From contig CAZJUB010000006.1 of NCBI GenBank assembly GCA_964549075.1, forward strand, positions 1-64,000: 64,000 nucleotides of DNA, read 5' to 3'. This document shows positions 46,941-56,617 of the stretch, one piece after another (within the stretch, counting starts at the first letter, position 1; every line of letters starts with the position of its first letter). The notes below the pieces were generated by a model. It had not been told where the DNA came from and ran no database searches. It saw nothing but the letters and a program-made list of their open reading frames with translations. This DNA is from an uncultured archaeon (lineage in GTDB: Archaea > Asgardarchaeota > Heimdallarchaeia > Heimdallarchaeales > Heimdallarchaeaceae). The position numbers and the translations under genes were made by a program.

Positions 46941-47126
46941 ATGAATGAAAAAGAACAATGTGGGGATTATGAAATTTACCAAGATGATGAAGGTTGGTGG
47001 GTAGTAGAGAATTTAAAAGATGGTAAAATTATTGGCAAATTTCTAAAGAAAACTGATGCATTAGATAATATTGCAAGATTTCTGCAAGATGATACAGAAA
47101 GAACTGAACCAGAATCAGTCTGTTGA
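46941..47126 (+). CDS. Small protein (DUF1508/DUF2188-like, or RiPP precursor candidate)
   Basis: 61 aa; YEIYQDDEG.W......GKII..F.KK.DA; stop overlaps the start of the radical SAM ORF. Confidence 0.55.
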   Translation: MNEKEQCGDYEIYQDDEGWWVVENLKDGKIIGKFLKKTDALDNIARFLQDDTERTEPESVC

Positions 47127-48487
47127 TTGTGATGACAAAAGAATTGATGTACCATATTTTTGAGAAAAACAACAGATTCTACTTGGTAGATGCTTATAAT
47201 CAGTTATTCTGGCAAGTAGAACCTAATTCAGATAGTTTTGAAATAATTGAAAATCTTTCAGAATTTGGCTTTTTCAGTGATAGTTTTACCCAGAATAAAA
47301 AACTTAGAAAACCTGAATCTCAGCCTATAACTCATCTTGTAATTAATCCGTCAACTAATTGTAATTTGAATTGTTGGTATTGCTATGCAAAAGAATATAG
47401 GAAAAAAAATTCCAAACACTTGGATTTTGATGATATTAAAAGATCTATTGACATTGTTCTGAATTATAATTACGAAATAGATTCAGCTTCACATCTCTCA
47501 ATTTTTTTTGGATTTACACAAGAAATAACCTTGGATTTTAAATTATTCTTAAAATTGAAGAAATATATCGAGGAGGCTAATAAGAGATACGAATCTCGCA
47601 TTTATTTGTTTCCTCCTTCATCCAATCTACTACATATAACAAATGAATTTGTTAATTACATTGATGAATATGGTTTTCTTATCGTTTCACTAGATCTCGA
47701 AAATGAATATCAAAAGCAAGCTGTGATTGACAATCTAAGTATGTTTAAACAAGATGTAATAAAACAACTAATAATACCTATGAAAGCAGGAATTAGAGAC
47801 CTTTTCAAAATTTATAATGAGTTTTCATTTCATTTTGATTATGTCTCATTGAGACCTGCAAGAGTTTCACTAAATTCCAAATTTCCTTGGAATGAAGAAA
47901 CTATTATGATTACTAAACAGGAAATATCTCTTTTATTCAAAACTTTACTAGAAAAAGATGATGAAGAAATTTTGAATTTTCTTCTATTACTCGGACCTAA
48001 TGATTACATAGGTAGGTATATAGATAGAATAATATCACGAACAAAAGTAATTGAAAGATGCCCAGCAGGAAGGAATGCTTTTACATTAGCACCTAATCTT
48101 GAAATCTATCCCTGCTCAGGTATGATAGGCTATCCGGAATTATTTGTTGGGAAAATTGACTTAGTTTCAAACGAAATTAATTTTCATAAGACTTCTTATA
48201 ACAAAGCTTCAGAAAATAAAACTTGTTTACGTTGCGCAATTCGTTTTTTCTGTGGTGGTAGTTGTCAAGATTGGTTATTCAAACAAACTAATTCAAAGCA
48301 AAAATCTATTAACATATATGAATGTCAATTGAATTTACATATTTTTGAGGAAATTGTTCATTTTCTCTTTGAAATACAGAATAGGCGACCGTTTGTTCTT
48401 GATGAATATATTGAAAAGAAGAATTTGAGGAATGGTCTAAATTATGCGCTCAATTTTGATCAATTTTCCAAATTTTTTCTGTATTAA
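47123..48487 (+). CDS. Radical SAM/SPASM domain protein
   Basis: CNLNCWYC and seven-Cys SPASM (CPAG...YPC...CLRC....FCGGSC...C); N-terminal RRE-like strands (YHIFEKNNRFYLVD). Confidence 0.9.
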   Translation: MIVMTKELMYHIFEKNNRFYLVDAYNQLFWQVEPNSDSFEIIENLSEFGFFSDSFTQNKKLRKPESQPITHLVINPSTNCNLNCWYCYAKEYRKKNSKHLDFDDIKRSIDIVLNYNYEIDSASHLSIFFGFTQEITLDFKLFLKLKKYIEEANKRYESRIYLFPPSSNLLHITNEFVNYIDEYGFLIVSLDLENEYQKQAVIDNLSMFKQDVIKQLIIPMKAGIRDLFKIYNEFSFHFDYVSLRPARVSLNSKFPWNEETIMITKQEISLLFKTLLEKDDEEILNFLLLLGPNDYIGRYIDRIISRTKVIERCPAGRNAFTLAPNLEIYPCSGMIGYPELFVGKIDLVSNEINFHKTSYNKASENKTCLRCAIRFFCGGSCQDWLFKQTNSKQKSINIYECQLNLHIFEEIVHFLFEIQNRRPFVLDEYIEKKNLRNGLNYALNFDQFSKFFLY

Positions 48488-48494
48488 GATTGCT

Positions 48495-48911
48495 TTAATC
48501 ATGATGGTCTAAAACTTGGAACAAATGACTGAGGCAAGAATTACAATCACTATTTCCAAATCCTACAATAGGTATAAAAGATGGTAGGTCAGTTAGTAAT
48601 TGTGATATTTGGCATTCTGTTTTTTTATCTAACATAATTCCTATGCCTTCTATAGAGGAAAATTTTGACATGGTAATTTGGTCTATATGCCAATGTTTTT
48701 TCTTTGATTTACGAATATGTCTGTGCAATCTTGAAGATAAACCTCCCATACCAAAAGCACTTCCAATATATAGGTAATAACCTGGTTTGATTATAGTCTT
48801 TTCCTTAGAAAAGGTTATAGGAATATCTTTGTTAATTCTGATAAAAATGATGTAAGTACCTTTTAAACCTACAGTGAAATTTATGATAGGACCTGGAAGA
48901 ATTGTAATCAC
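48495..48911 (-). CDS. GIY-YIG (DUF123/Uri) endonuclease family protein
   Basis: KGTY...GYYLYIGSA, RL.RH, HWHID, EC and GFG.SDC..C.SHL motifs. Confidence 0.9.
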   Translation of the reverse strand: MITILPGPIINFTVGLKGTYIIFIRINKDIPITFSKEKTIIKPGYYLYIGSAFGMGGLSSRLHRHIRKSKKKHWHIDQITMSKFSSIEGIGIMLDKKTECQISQLLTDLPSFIPIVGFGNSDCNSCLSHLFQVLDHHD

Positions 48912-49942
48912 TCTTTTAAATCAGCAGCTTTTTCCCAGTAGCTAAGAGCTTTTTCTTCCTCTCCTAAGTCTTCATAAATATCTCCAAGCATCTGGTATAT
49001 CTGATAATTATCTTCATTATATCGCAAAGAATCTTTTAGATAAGCTAAAGCTTTATCATTATCTTTTGCAGCCCAAGCGAGAGAAGCTAAAGCTAAGGTT
49101 GCTTCTATAAATGCAGGATCTCTACTCAAACATTCTTCGTAATAACGAGTTGCTTCTTCAATATTAGCGAGTGCTGCATAAATTTTAGCTAAATGAAAGA
49201 AACCTAAAACATTGTCGGGATCAAGTTCAATTACCTTTGAAAAAGCATCTATTGCTTGAATTGAATCTTGTTTTATTTCTAATGATTTACCAAGCTGAAA
49301 CCATGCTGAGATACTTTCTGGATTTATTTTTGTTACTTTCTGATAATAATCGATAGCTCTATCATAATTATCAAGATCAAAATAAGTTTCTCCTATCTGA
49401 AGTAAAATCATCTCATTTTTTGGATCCATTTGTTCAGCTTTCATAAGGTTATTCCAACTTTCAATGTCGTTCCCCATTTTTCTATAAATTACTCCCAATA
49501 AACTGTAAATCTCAATATCATCTTCATATACTAGAAAGTTATCGTAGGCTTGAACTGCCTTAGGATACTCTCCAATCTTATAATACAGATTCCCTATTTT
49601 TTTCCAAATTTTATATCTTTTCTCGTCAATTTCTATTACTTTCTTCCATGCTAATATCGCTTGATTCCAGTCTTTCAATTTAACATAAACATCACCAGCT
49701 AATTCTAAAGAAGAAATATTATCTTGTTCAATTTCTAATGCTCGATTTAAATAATTAAGGGCAGATTGCGGATCTTCGATAAATAAATACAACCTTATCA
49801 AAAAATTAAGAAATAAAACTTCATTTTCAAAATAATCTAAATTCTCTTCTAAAATGTTGATTGCTTCTTGAAATTTGTCTTGATTAATTAATTCCTCAGC
49901 TTCTGATAGAATAACCATTAAATCATTATTACCCTGCATCAA
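48908..49942 (-). CDS. Tetratricopeptide repeat protein
   Basis: About 9 canonical TPR units (e.g. AWFQLG......AI.AF.KVIELDPDN). Confidence 0.92.
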   Translation of the reverse strand: MMQGNNDLMVILSEAEELINQDKFQEAINILEENLDYFENEVLFLNFLIRLYLFIEDPQSALNYLNRALEIEQDNISSLELAGDVYVKLKDWNQAILAWKKVIEIDEKRYKIWKKIGNLYYKIGEYPKAVQAYDNFLVYEDDIEIYSLLGVIYRKMGNDIESWNNLMKAEQMDPKNEMILLQIGETYFDLDNYDRAIDYYQKVTKINPESISAWFQLGKSLEIKQDSIQAIDAFSKVIELDPDNVLGFFHLAKIYAALANIEEATRYYEECLSRDPAFIEATLALASLAWAAKDNDKALAYLKDSLRYNEDNYQIYQMLGDIYEDLGEEEKALSYWEKAADLKE

Positions 49943-50040
49943 TTCTTTTACATTAAATCATACTTAAGAATATTATGTATTAGAAGGAATGATTAAGAAT
50001 AAAGAAAGTTTTAAGTTGAAGAAGTCACTAGGTTATACAG

Positions 50041-50937
50041 ATGTTCCAGGTAATTGCTAGAAGGGATGATAAAGTCGGTTATGATATAATTCTTGCAGAT
50101 ATACCTGAAGACCTGAAAGAGGATTCTATAGTCTTTATGCCTGAATTATCCTCTAAAAAACAAGAGCATATTACTTATGTCTCCAAGTATACTCATGCAT
50201 CTGGGTATATAATTGTAAAACTTGTAAGAAGTGATGGTTTCGATCAATTTGGTAGACCAAAATCCTTATCTCATAGCTTGGTTATTCCATCAGAAGAATA
50301 TTCTTCAAATTCTCTATTATATTATACCTCTCCATTAATCTATACTAATATATTTGATAAAACCGATACTAGTCCGTCAATACTTGGTAAAGACAGTTTT
50401 AGAGATTCTACGAACAATATTCTAGAGAAGATTCAGCTCTCAAAATTGAGAGAAATAATTGTGGCAGCAATGATTAATAGAAAAGTCGTTTTATTTCCCT
50501 CAATAGATAAAAAAGGAATTCTTGAACTCTCAAGCGTTATAGATAGGTCAATACCTTTTGAAGCTTCATATGATTTTTCTTTAATAACATATTCAGATAT
50601 AAGTTGTAGAAAACAACTAGTACATAATATACTATACTTCTTCTCTGAAGAACAGAAAAATGAAGAAGTTGTAGAAATCAAGAGATTAGATTCAAAAGTC
50701 AGAAAGATAGCAAGAAAAGAAAGAAAATATCTTGATGAATATATAGAACTTATAGTTAAAAATGATTTTGAGAAGATTCTTGAAGAACATGCTTCATGGG
50801 TTATTGGAATGTACCACGAAGATCACAAAGAACTCCAGAAGCTATTTACAAGTAGATATCAACTAAATATGCCTTTTTCAACTAGAAACAAGTTTCATGC
50901 TCAGTTGATAAACTACTTATCCAAATTCAATGAATAA
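50041..50937 (+). CDS. DENN-like (GAP1-N2/GAP1-M type) protein
   Basis: GYDII, D.FGRP..LSHSLV, L.EII.AAM..RKVV, IP......FS.ITY motifs. Confidence 0.5.
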   Translation: MFQVIARRDDKVGYDIILADIPEDLKEDSIVFMPELSSKKQEHITYVSKYTHASGYIIVKLVRSDGFDQFGRPKSLSHSLVIPSEEYSSNSLLYYTSPLIYTNIFDKTDTSPSILGKDSFRDSTNNILEKIQLSKLREIIVAAMINRKVVLFPSIDKKGILELSSVIDRSIPFEASYDFSLITYSDISCRKQLVHNILYFFSEEQKNEEVVEIKRLDSKVRKIARKERKYLDEYIELIVKNDFEKILEEHASWVIGMYHEDHKELQKLFTSRYQLNMPFSTRNKFHAQLINYLSKFNE

Positions 50938-50988
50938 CGTTGAAAGTGAAATTTTTTAAATGTTCAAATTCTCATTCCTTTGATTAAA

Positions 50989-51996
50989 TTGCATATGCCG
51001 GATGGAATACTCCCTCTTGAACAAGCAGCTATTTATTTGACAATTTCAATTGTAATTATAGGTATTGCTGTTTGGCAAAGTAAGAAAAAATTAAGTGCTA
51101 AACAAATACCTATCATAGGTGTGCTAGCAGCTGGTTTATTTGCTGCTCAAATGTTTAATTTTCCAGCTATAGGAGGTACAAGTGGACATCTGATTGGAAC
51201 CACTTTGGCTACTGTTTTGGTTGGACCTTGGGTAGCTATTTTAATACTCTCCTCTGTGTTAATTGTGCAAGCTATGTTTGGTGATGGTGGTTTCTTAGCT
51301 TATGGAGCTAATGTTCTTAATATGGCAATAATTGGGGCAATAATTACAATAGCCTTATTTTACTTGCTTCCTAGTAAATGGAGGGACAATAAAACAGCTT
51401 ATTCTATTTTTGCAGGAATAGCTGGATATGTTTCTACTGTAGTTATGGCTTTTGCTGCATCTGTTGAGCTTGTCCTAGCTAAAGCAGGCTCACCAGCTGT
51501 TATTTTCACCTCAATGTTGACCGCTCATGCTTTTATTGGTGCGATGGAAGCTGTTATTACATTTGCTGTTGTCTTTTTCCTATTCAAAGTAGACACTTCA
51601 ATTTTTCAAACAGCAAAAACCATTACTTATGGTGAAATTCAAGTGGACGAATTAAAACCTCAGTTTAAATTTCCAATATGGGCGGTAGTAACTTCTGTAG
51701 GTATTTTTGTTTTAATGTCAGTGTTAGGCTTTGTTCTACCACTTGTTGGAGGAGATAACCCTGATGGATTAGAAGCTACCCTAGAGCAAATTTGGATACA
51801 TGGATCGGACTATACAACTCCAATTTTTAACTTCCCAGAAGGTTTTGGATGGGAGATTTTGCAGATGGCTATTTTGATGGTTATATTATTCGTTTTTCTA
51901 GTAACTGTAAGTTTTTTGATTTATAGGCTAAGAATTTTTCAATTTAATAGACATCATGAATCTGCTAAGTTAGCTTTAGAAGAAGAAAAGAGTTAA
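50989..51996 (+). CDS. cbiM: Ni/Co ECF transporter S component CbiM/NikM fused to a PDGLE (NikN) domain
   Basis: TTG at 50989 gives the metal-binding N-terminus MHMPDG; QMFNFP, GTSGH, GDGG..A.G.N and PDGLE motifs. Confidence 0.92.
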   Translation: MHMPDGILPLEQAAIYLTISIVIIGIAVWQSKKKLSAKQIPIIGVLAAGLFAAQMFNFPAIGGTSGHLIGTTLATVLVGPWVAILILSSVLIVQAMFGDGGFLAYGANVLNMAIIGAIITIALFYLLPSKWRDNKTAYSIFAGIAGYVSTVVMAFAASVELVLAKAGSPAVIFTSMLTAHAFIGAMEAVITFAVVFFLFKVDTSIFQTAKTITYGEIQVDELKPQFKFPIWAVVTSVGIFVLMSVLGFVLPLVGGDNPDGLEATLEQIWIHGSDYTTPIFNFPEGFGWEILQMAILMVILFVFLVTVSFLIYRLRIFQFNRHHESAKLALEEEKS

Positions 51997-52022
51997 AATG
52001 TAACAATTTACTTATACAAACA

Positions 52023-52829
52023 ATGGCAAAGTCATATTTTCTTCTACCATTTAGAGAGACAAGGAATGAATTTAAATTTTTATCTCCCTTAGCTTTGTTA
52101 ATTTTGACTTTAATGACCATTATACTTATGATGGTCTCAGAAATTTTTATAGAAGATTATTTGATTTTAATTCTAAGCATAATTATACTTTATATTATCT
52201 CATTTATTGTGCTAATTTTCTTAAGAGCTTCATTTTTAAGAACTGTAAAATTTGTTTTGGCTGCTTCTATTCTGATTTTTTTCATAGGTATACCTAGCTT
52301 TTTTCTTCAAATAGGAGATGTAATGTATTCAGTAAAAATTGGTAACCACATCCTGAATTTATATCTAGATGGAATTATGAAAGCTGTTTTAATTTGGTTA
52401 AGAGGAATTCTCTCTGTTTCACTTATAACTCTCTATTCGACTACTATTACAATGCAAGAATTTATTCAAGGACTTAGAGGGCTTTTTGTGCCGAACATAA
52501 TGGTGACTATAATTCTACTAATTTTACGATATGCACCATTATTCTTTCAACAAGGAGCAGAAATAAGTGTTGCTCAGAAATTAAGGGGTCTAGAATATGC
52601 ACCAAGAAAAAGAAAAATTGCAGCAGCTGGAGCTCTCATAGGAGGGACACTTATTCGTTCAATAAGTAGAGGGAATGAAGTTTATGAAGCAATGGTGATG
52701 AGGGGAATGGAAGAATCTTTTCTTGTTAGAAGAGAAGAAATCAAAATTTTAGATCCAATAATCCTACTAGTAATAACAGTAGTTTTGAGCTTAGTAAGTG
52801 GAGGAATACTCAAATGCATCATGAAATAG
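52023..52829 (+). CDS. cbiQ: ECF transporter transmembrane T component
   Basis: TT....I.GLR.L.VP, LRY, AQKLRG, AM..RG; operon context. Confidence 0.9.
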   Translation: MAKSYFLLPFRETRNEFKFLSPLALLILTLMTIILMMVSEIFIEDYLILILSIIILYIISFIVLIFLRASFLRTVKFVLAASILIFFIGIPSFFLQIGDVMYSVKIGNHILNLYLDGIMKAVLIWLRGILSVSLITLYSTTITMQEFIQGLRGLFVPNIMVTIILLILRYAPLFFQQGAEISVAQKLRGLEYAPRKRKIAAAGALIGGTLIRSISRGNEVYEAMVMRGMEESFLVRREEIKILDPIILLVITVVLSLVSGGILKCIMK

Positions 52830-53533
52830 AGTTTGAAAACGTTTTCTTTGAATATCCTGATAAATCATTTTCACTACAAAATCTTAATTTCACCATACCA
52901 ATAGGTGAGAAGTTTGCAATTTGTGGAAGAAATGGAGCGGGAAAAACAACTTTACTTCGACTTTTAATGGGATTAGATTTTCATCAGAAAGGTAAAATCC
53001 AAGTACAAGAACTTATTTTAGATAAGAATACAATTAAAGAAATAAGAAAGCGAGTAGGATTTGTTTTTCAAAATCCTGATTCTCAAGTATTTTCTGCTAG
53101 TGTATATGAAGACATTGCTTTTGGCCCAAGAAATTTAGGTTTAACCGAAGAAGAGGTTGATAAAAAAGTTGAATATGCACTTGAAGTGGTTGATATGTTA
53201 GAATATAAGGATTATTCTCCATATAATCTATCTTTTGGACAAAGAAAAAGAATAGCAATCGCAGGAGTTTTAGCAATGGATCCAGCAATCATCGTTTTAG
53301 ATGAACCTTTTGCAAATCTAGATTATCCATCACGAAAATCATTACAAAAATTATTAGAAAAAGATGTGATAGAAGAAGGTAAGACATTAGTATTTACCAG
53401 TCATTCAAGAAAACTGATTCAGGAATGGGCAGATGAAGTTCTATTTCTTGACAAAGGAAAAAAATTATACTCCGGAAGAGCTGAAGAATTATCGAAAATA
53501 AATCAAACAGAACAATTTCTTGGACCAATTTAA
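52814..53533 (+). CDS. cbiO: ECF transporter ATPase
   Basis: GRNGAGKT, FQNPD.Q, LSFGQ, LDEP and SH motifs. Confidence 0.93.
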   Translation: MHHEIEFENVFFEYPDKSFSLQNLNFTIPIGEKFAICGRNGAGKTTLLRLLMGLDFHQKGKIQVQELILDKNTIKEIRKRVGFVFQNPDSQVFSASVYEDIAFGPRNLGLTEEEVDKKVEYALEVVDMLEYKDYSPYNLSFGQRKRIAIAGVLAMDPAIIVLDEPFANLDYPSRKSLQKLLEKDVIEEGKTLVFTSHSRKLIQEWADEVLFLDKGKKLYSGRAEELSKINQTEQFLGPI

Positions 53534-53937
53534 CTGCTGTATTTTTGAATAACTTCAGTATACAGGGCTTGGCATCTTTCTTCTGTTAGATTATTTATAG
53601 CAGATTGCATCCTTTCAGCAATTCTACGGATTAATACATTTAATTTACTCTTTATTTCTTCAGTTGATAAACTAGAATAAATGTACTTGAAACCACCTCT
53701 ATCAAGATTAATTTTGGTCTTTTTAACAAAACCAATACCCATTAATCTTTGAATAGAACGTGTAATGGTTGCTCGATCTTTTGGAATAATTGTACCAATT
53801 GTTTTAATATCAACAGGTTGAGAGTGTTTAATACACATCATAACTTCAAGCTCATTTTCTGAAAGAGCATAAGTAACCTTGATGATATCAAAACAAGTTA
53901 ATTCTTCGCTATCAAAGGAAGAGAGAGAAAAAGACAT
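53530..53937 (-). CDS. HTH transcriptional regulator (TrmB/MarR-like, COG3355 type)
   Basis: Y.LSE.E, DRAT..RS.QRL...G.V.K......GG.KY.Y; GGTGA RBS supports start at 53937; last gene of the sulfur cluster. Confidence 0.85.
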   Translation of the reverse strand: MSFSLSSFDSEELTCFDIIKVTYALSENELEVMMCIKHSQPVDIKTIGTIIPKDRATITRSIQRLMGIGFVKKTKINLDRGGFKYIYSSLSTEEIKSKLNVLIRRIAERMQSAINNLTEERCQALYTEVIQKYSS

Positions 53938-53947
53938 TAGTATCACC

Positions 53948-54316
53948 TTAGAAAGTAAATACAAGATCTGATTCGAGAGCTTCTGTTACGGCATACATTC
54001 CCCCAACAATATCGTCAACTTCATCTACGAAGTCATCTCGGGTTAGTCCGTATCTTTCAAGAGTCGGACTACATACGAATACTTTTACACCGAATTCTTT
54101 AATCTCGCGTATCAATTCTATATAAGGTTGCTTTCCTTCGGCTGATACAATTCTCTCAGCGTTTCCCTTTTTTAACAATAAACCACCTGACATAGTATAT
54201 ATCATCTGTACCTCTGTATCAAGTGTTGCAGACAATGTCGCAAGGTGTATTGGTGGTTCAAGTCTATCAGGAAAATCTTCCCCAAATGTAACCATTATCA
54301 AGACTTTTTGAGTCAT
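53948..54316 (-). CDS. dsrE: DsrE family sulfur-carrier/peroxiredoxin-like protein
   Basis: GV..FVC..T, G....V.EA..SD....F; RBS GGTGA 5 nt before ATG 54316. Confidence 0.85.
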   Translation of the reverse strand: MTQKVLIMVTFGEDFPDRLEPPIHLATLSATLDTEVQMIYTMSGGLLLKKGNAERIVSAEGKQPYIELIREIKEFGVKVFVCSPTLERYGLTRDDFVDEVDDIVGGMYAVTEALESDLVFTF

Positions 54317-54325
54317 ACTTGTCAC

Positions 54326-54799
54326 CTAAATATAAAGAGTAATATCTGCTTCTGATGCAAATTCGAGAAAGGTAGCAGCACCACCAACCTCACATTCATC
54401 AATTAGGTCTTCTCTTTTTATTTTCATAACATCCATAGTCATCTGACATGCTATTAGTTTCACGCCAGCTTCTACAGATAAATCCATTAATTCCTGTAAT
54501 GTTGCGACATTAGCTTTCTTCATCCAACCTTTCATCATCATAGTGGCCATTCCAGTCATACCAGGGAGCATTCCTACAATTTGAGGTATAGGCATTGGCA
54601 TAGCTGTTTCTCCAGCTGGAGTTATTTTTAATTTCTTTAATTTCTTCTTTTTTAGCATATTAAGTCCAAAGAAAGTAAAGAATATGCTTACATCGTAGTC
54701 CATAGCTGCAGCTGTGCTAGCAAGAATCAGTGGAGGGTAAGCTCCAGCTATATCTGCTTTAGAAGCTATTATTGCTAATCTTTTCTTTTTTTCTGACAT
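54326..54799 (-). CDS. DsrE2 (DsrE/DsrF/DrsH-like) protein
   Basis: AYPPLILASTAAAM, FFTFFGL, IACQMTMD, GAATFL motifs. Confidence 0.92.
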   Translation of the reverse strand: MSEKKKRLAIIASKADIAGAYPPLILASTAAAMDYDVSIFFTFFGLNMLKKKKLKKLKITPAGETAMPMPIPQIVGMLPGMTGMATMMMKGWMKKANVATLQELMDLSVEAGVKLIACQMTMDVMKIKREDLIDECEVGGAATFLEFASEADITLYI

Positions 54800-54810
54800 T
54801 TTTTTACCTC

Positions 54811-55050
54811 TTATTTTGTTCGTTCTATTATGTATCTATACACTCCATTATTCTCGGAATGTTCGACAAGTTTATGTCCTGTACTCTTAGACCAAGCTTC
54901 AAAATCTGTAACAGAACCTGGATCAGTAGCTAGTACTTCTAAGTATTCACCAACTTCTATGGATTCTATTGCTTTTTTTGTCTTAAGAATTGGAAGAGGA
55001 CAACTTAGTTTTTTTGCATCTAATGTTTTGCTTATTTTTATATCTGACAT
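54811..55050 (-). CDS. tusA: Sulfurtransferase TusA family protein
   Basis: LDA..L.CPLP, ATDPGS..D..AW; RBS supports ATG 55050. Confidence 0.93.
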   Translation of the reverse strand: MSDIKISKTLDAKKLSCPLPILKTKKAIESIEVGEYLEVLATDPGSVTDFEAWSKSTGHKLVEHSENNGVYRYIIERTK

Positions 55051-55060
55051 TTTTTTCACC

Positions 55061-56203
55061 TTATAAGTATCCTTTAATTAAAAGTCTGAAATAGATAAGT
55101 TTGAAGACTTTTTTGAATAATCCGAAAAGCAAAGTGCTATGTAATCCATATGCCAATGGAGGATGTGAATAATTAAAATGTAGCAACATTGATTTTCTGA
55201 AAGATGTCACTATGAAACATATTGTCAATCCTTTGTATTTTGCTTTAGGTTCTTTTCCTTTAATTTCAGATACAAGGTTTTTAACCAAAATATTTGAAGA
55301 GAAATGAGCTACAGCTCCAGATTTGGATACTGGTAAATCTGTTCCATCTCCTAAAGCATAGATGTACTCGTATTCTTTGTGTTTCAAAGTATATCTGTCT
55401 GTTTTTATCCATCCTTCTTTATCACCAAGACCTGAATTAATGATAATATCGTGTCCGACATGAGGAGGTACTATTACCAAACCAGTATATTCAATTTCCT
55501 CACCTTCTAATGAGTAAACTGTGTTTTTTTCTTTGTCTACATGATCATAATTAAAGAAGGGAGTAAATTCAATTCCTCGTTTTTCGAACAATTTCTCAAC
55601 TTTTTTAGCAGGCTCTACCATTGTAAAAGCTCTTGATAGTGGGTAGAGAAATTTTATTGTTGACTTGTCTCTGAGTTTTCTCTTTCGAAGGTATTTATCT
55701 AAGAGAAAAGTGAATTCTATTGGAGCAGGTGGGCATTTGTAAGGGACTGTAGTAGGAGTAATAACAATTGTTCCTCCATTAAACTTTTGGAGTTGTTCTT
55801 TCAGTTTTTTCACTCCGTCAGGAGTGTAAAAATGACATACATTGTCTCCACAAACAGCTCTTATTTTCTCTTCAGCCATTCTTGCTCCTGTAGCTAAGAC
55901 TAAGTAATCATAATTGAGCTCTTCTCCATTTTTCAGAAGCAATTTTTTCTTATCTAGTTCAATTTTTGTAGCTTCTGTTCGTAACCAATGAACTCCTCTA
56001 CCTAGTAACTTGTTTAAAGGTTTAACCAATTTCGAAAAAGGTTTGTTTGTAAAAGGCCAAAAAACAAAATCTGGTTCGTAGACATTTTCTTCTTTAGGTT
56101 CAATAAGTATAACTTTTGAATCAAGTCTTTTAGTTTTTCTTGCTAAATGATTGGCAGTAGCAATACCTGAAAATCCTCCACCAAGAACTACAATTTTCTT
56201 CAT
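55061..56203 (-). CDS. sqr: Sulfide:quinone oxidoreductase-like FAD-dependent oxidoreductase (type III)
   Basis: GGGFSG, YDYLVLATGA, YKCPPAP.E, GD......K.G, C-terminal ICF. Confidence 0.85.
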   Translation of the reverse strand: MKKIVVLGGGFSGIATANHLARKTKRLDSKVILIEPKEENVYEPDFVFWPFTNKPFSKLVKPLNKLLGRGVHWLRTEATKIELDKKKLLLKNGEELNYDYLVLATGARMAEEKIRAVCGDNVCHFYTPDGVKKLKEQLQKFNGGTIVITPTTVPYKCPPAPIEFTFLLDKYLRKRKLRDKSTIKFLYPLSRAFTMVEPAKKVEKLFEKRGIEFTPFFNYDHVDKEKNTVYSLEGEEIEYTGLVIVPPHVGHDIIINSGLGDKEGWIKTDRYTLKHKEYEYIYALGDGTDLPVSKSGAVAHFSSNILVKNLVSEIKGKEPKAKYKGLTICFIVTSFRKSMLLHFNYSHPPLAYGLHSTLLFGLFKKVFKLIYFRLLIKGYL

Positions 56204-56212
56204 TTATATACC

Positions 56213-56452
56213 TCAGCGGAGTTTCTTGATAATATAACGATCATAACCGTCTTCATAGATTATCTCAATAAGTTCATGTTGAGCTTTTTTCAACCATGCA
56301 GGTACATCATTTCGAGTACCTTCATCTGAACTTAAGAGGGCAAGAATGTCTCCTACCTCAGCTTGTCTAATAGCTTTGATAAGTTCCATCATAGGTCCAG
56401 GACAAAAAGTACCACGAGCATCAACTTCTATAGCATTATCGTATTCAGTCAT
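56213..56452 (-). CDS. tusA: Sulfurtransferase TusA family protein
   Basis: VDARG.FCPGP..EL, SD.G...D.PAW motifs. Confidence 0.92.
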   Translation of the reverse strand: MTEYDNAIEVDARGTFCPGPMMELIKAIRQAEVGDILALLSSDEGTRNDVPAWLKKAQHELIEIIYEDGYDRYIIKKLR

Positions 56453-56496
56453 AATTCACACTTGCTTTCGATTATGACACAGATATGCACAACCCG

Positions 56497-56512
56497 TTTT
56501 TAAGGCTTTTTC
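56497..56512 (-). promoter_or_regulatory. BRE-TATA promoter of the tusA-sqr-tusA-dsrE2-dsrE-regulator operon
   Basis: Minus strand reads GAAAAAGC-CTTAAAAA, about 45 nt upstream of the first ATG. Confidence 0.55.
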
Positions 56513-56617
56513 TCTGGCTAAAAATTTTAGAAAGAAAAAGAGGCTTTACAGAAATATTCATCTTTTGTGCAGTTAAGACTAGTGAGATTTATTAAGGGAT
56601 GCAATAACCTTTTGATA

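Noticed and set aside
48495-48911. GIY-YIG gene as a mobile homing endonuclease
   Set aside because: It matches the short DUF123 archaeal family, with no intron/intein context or flanking repeats.
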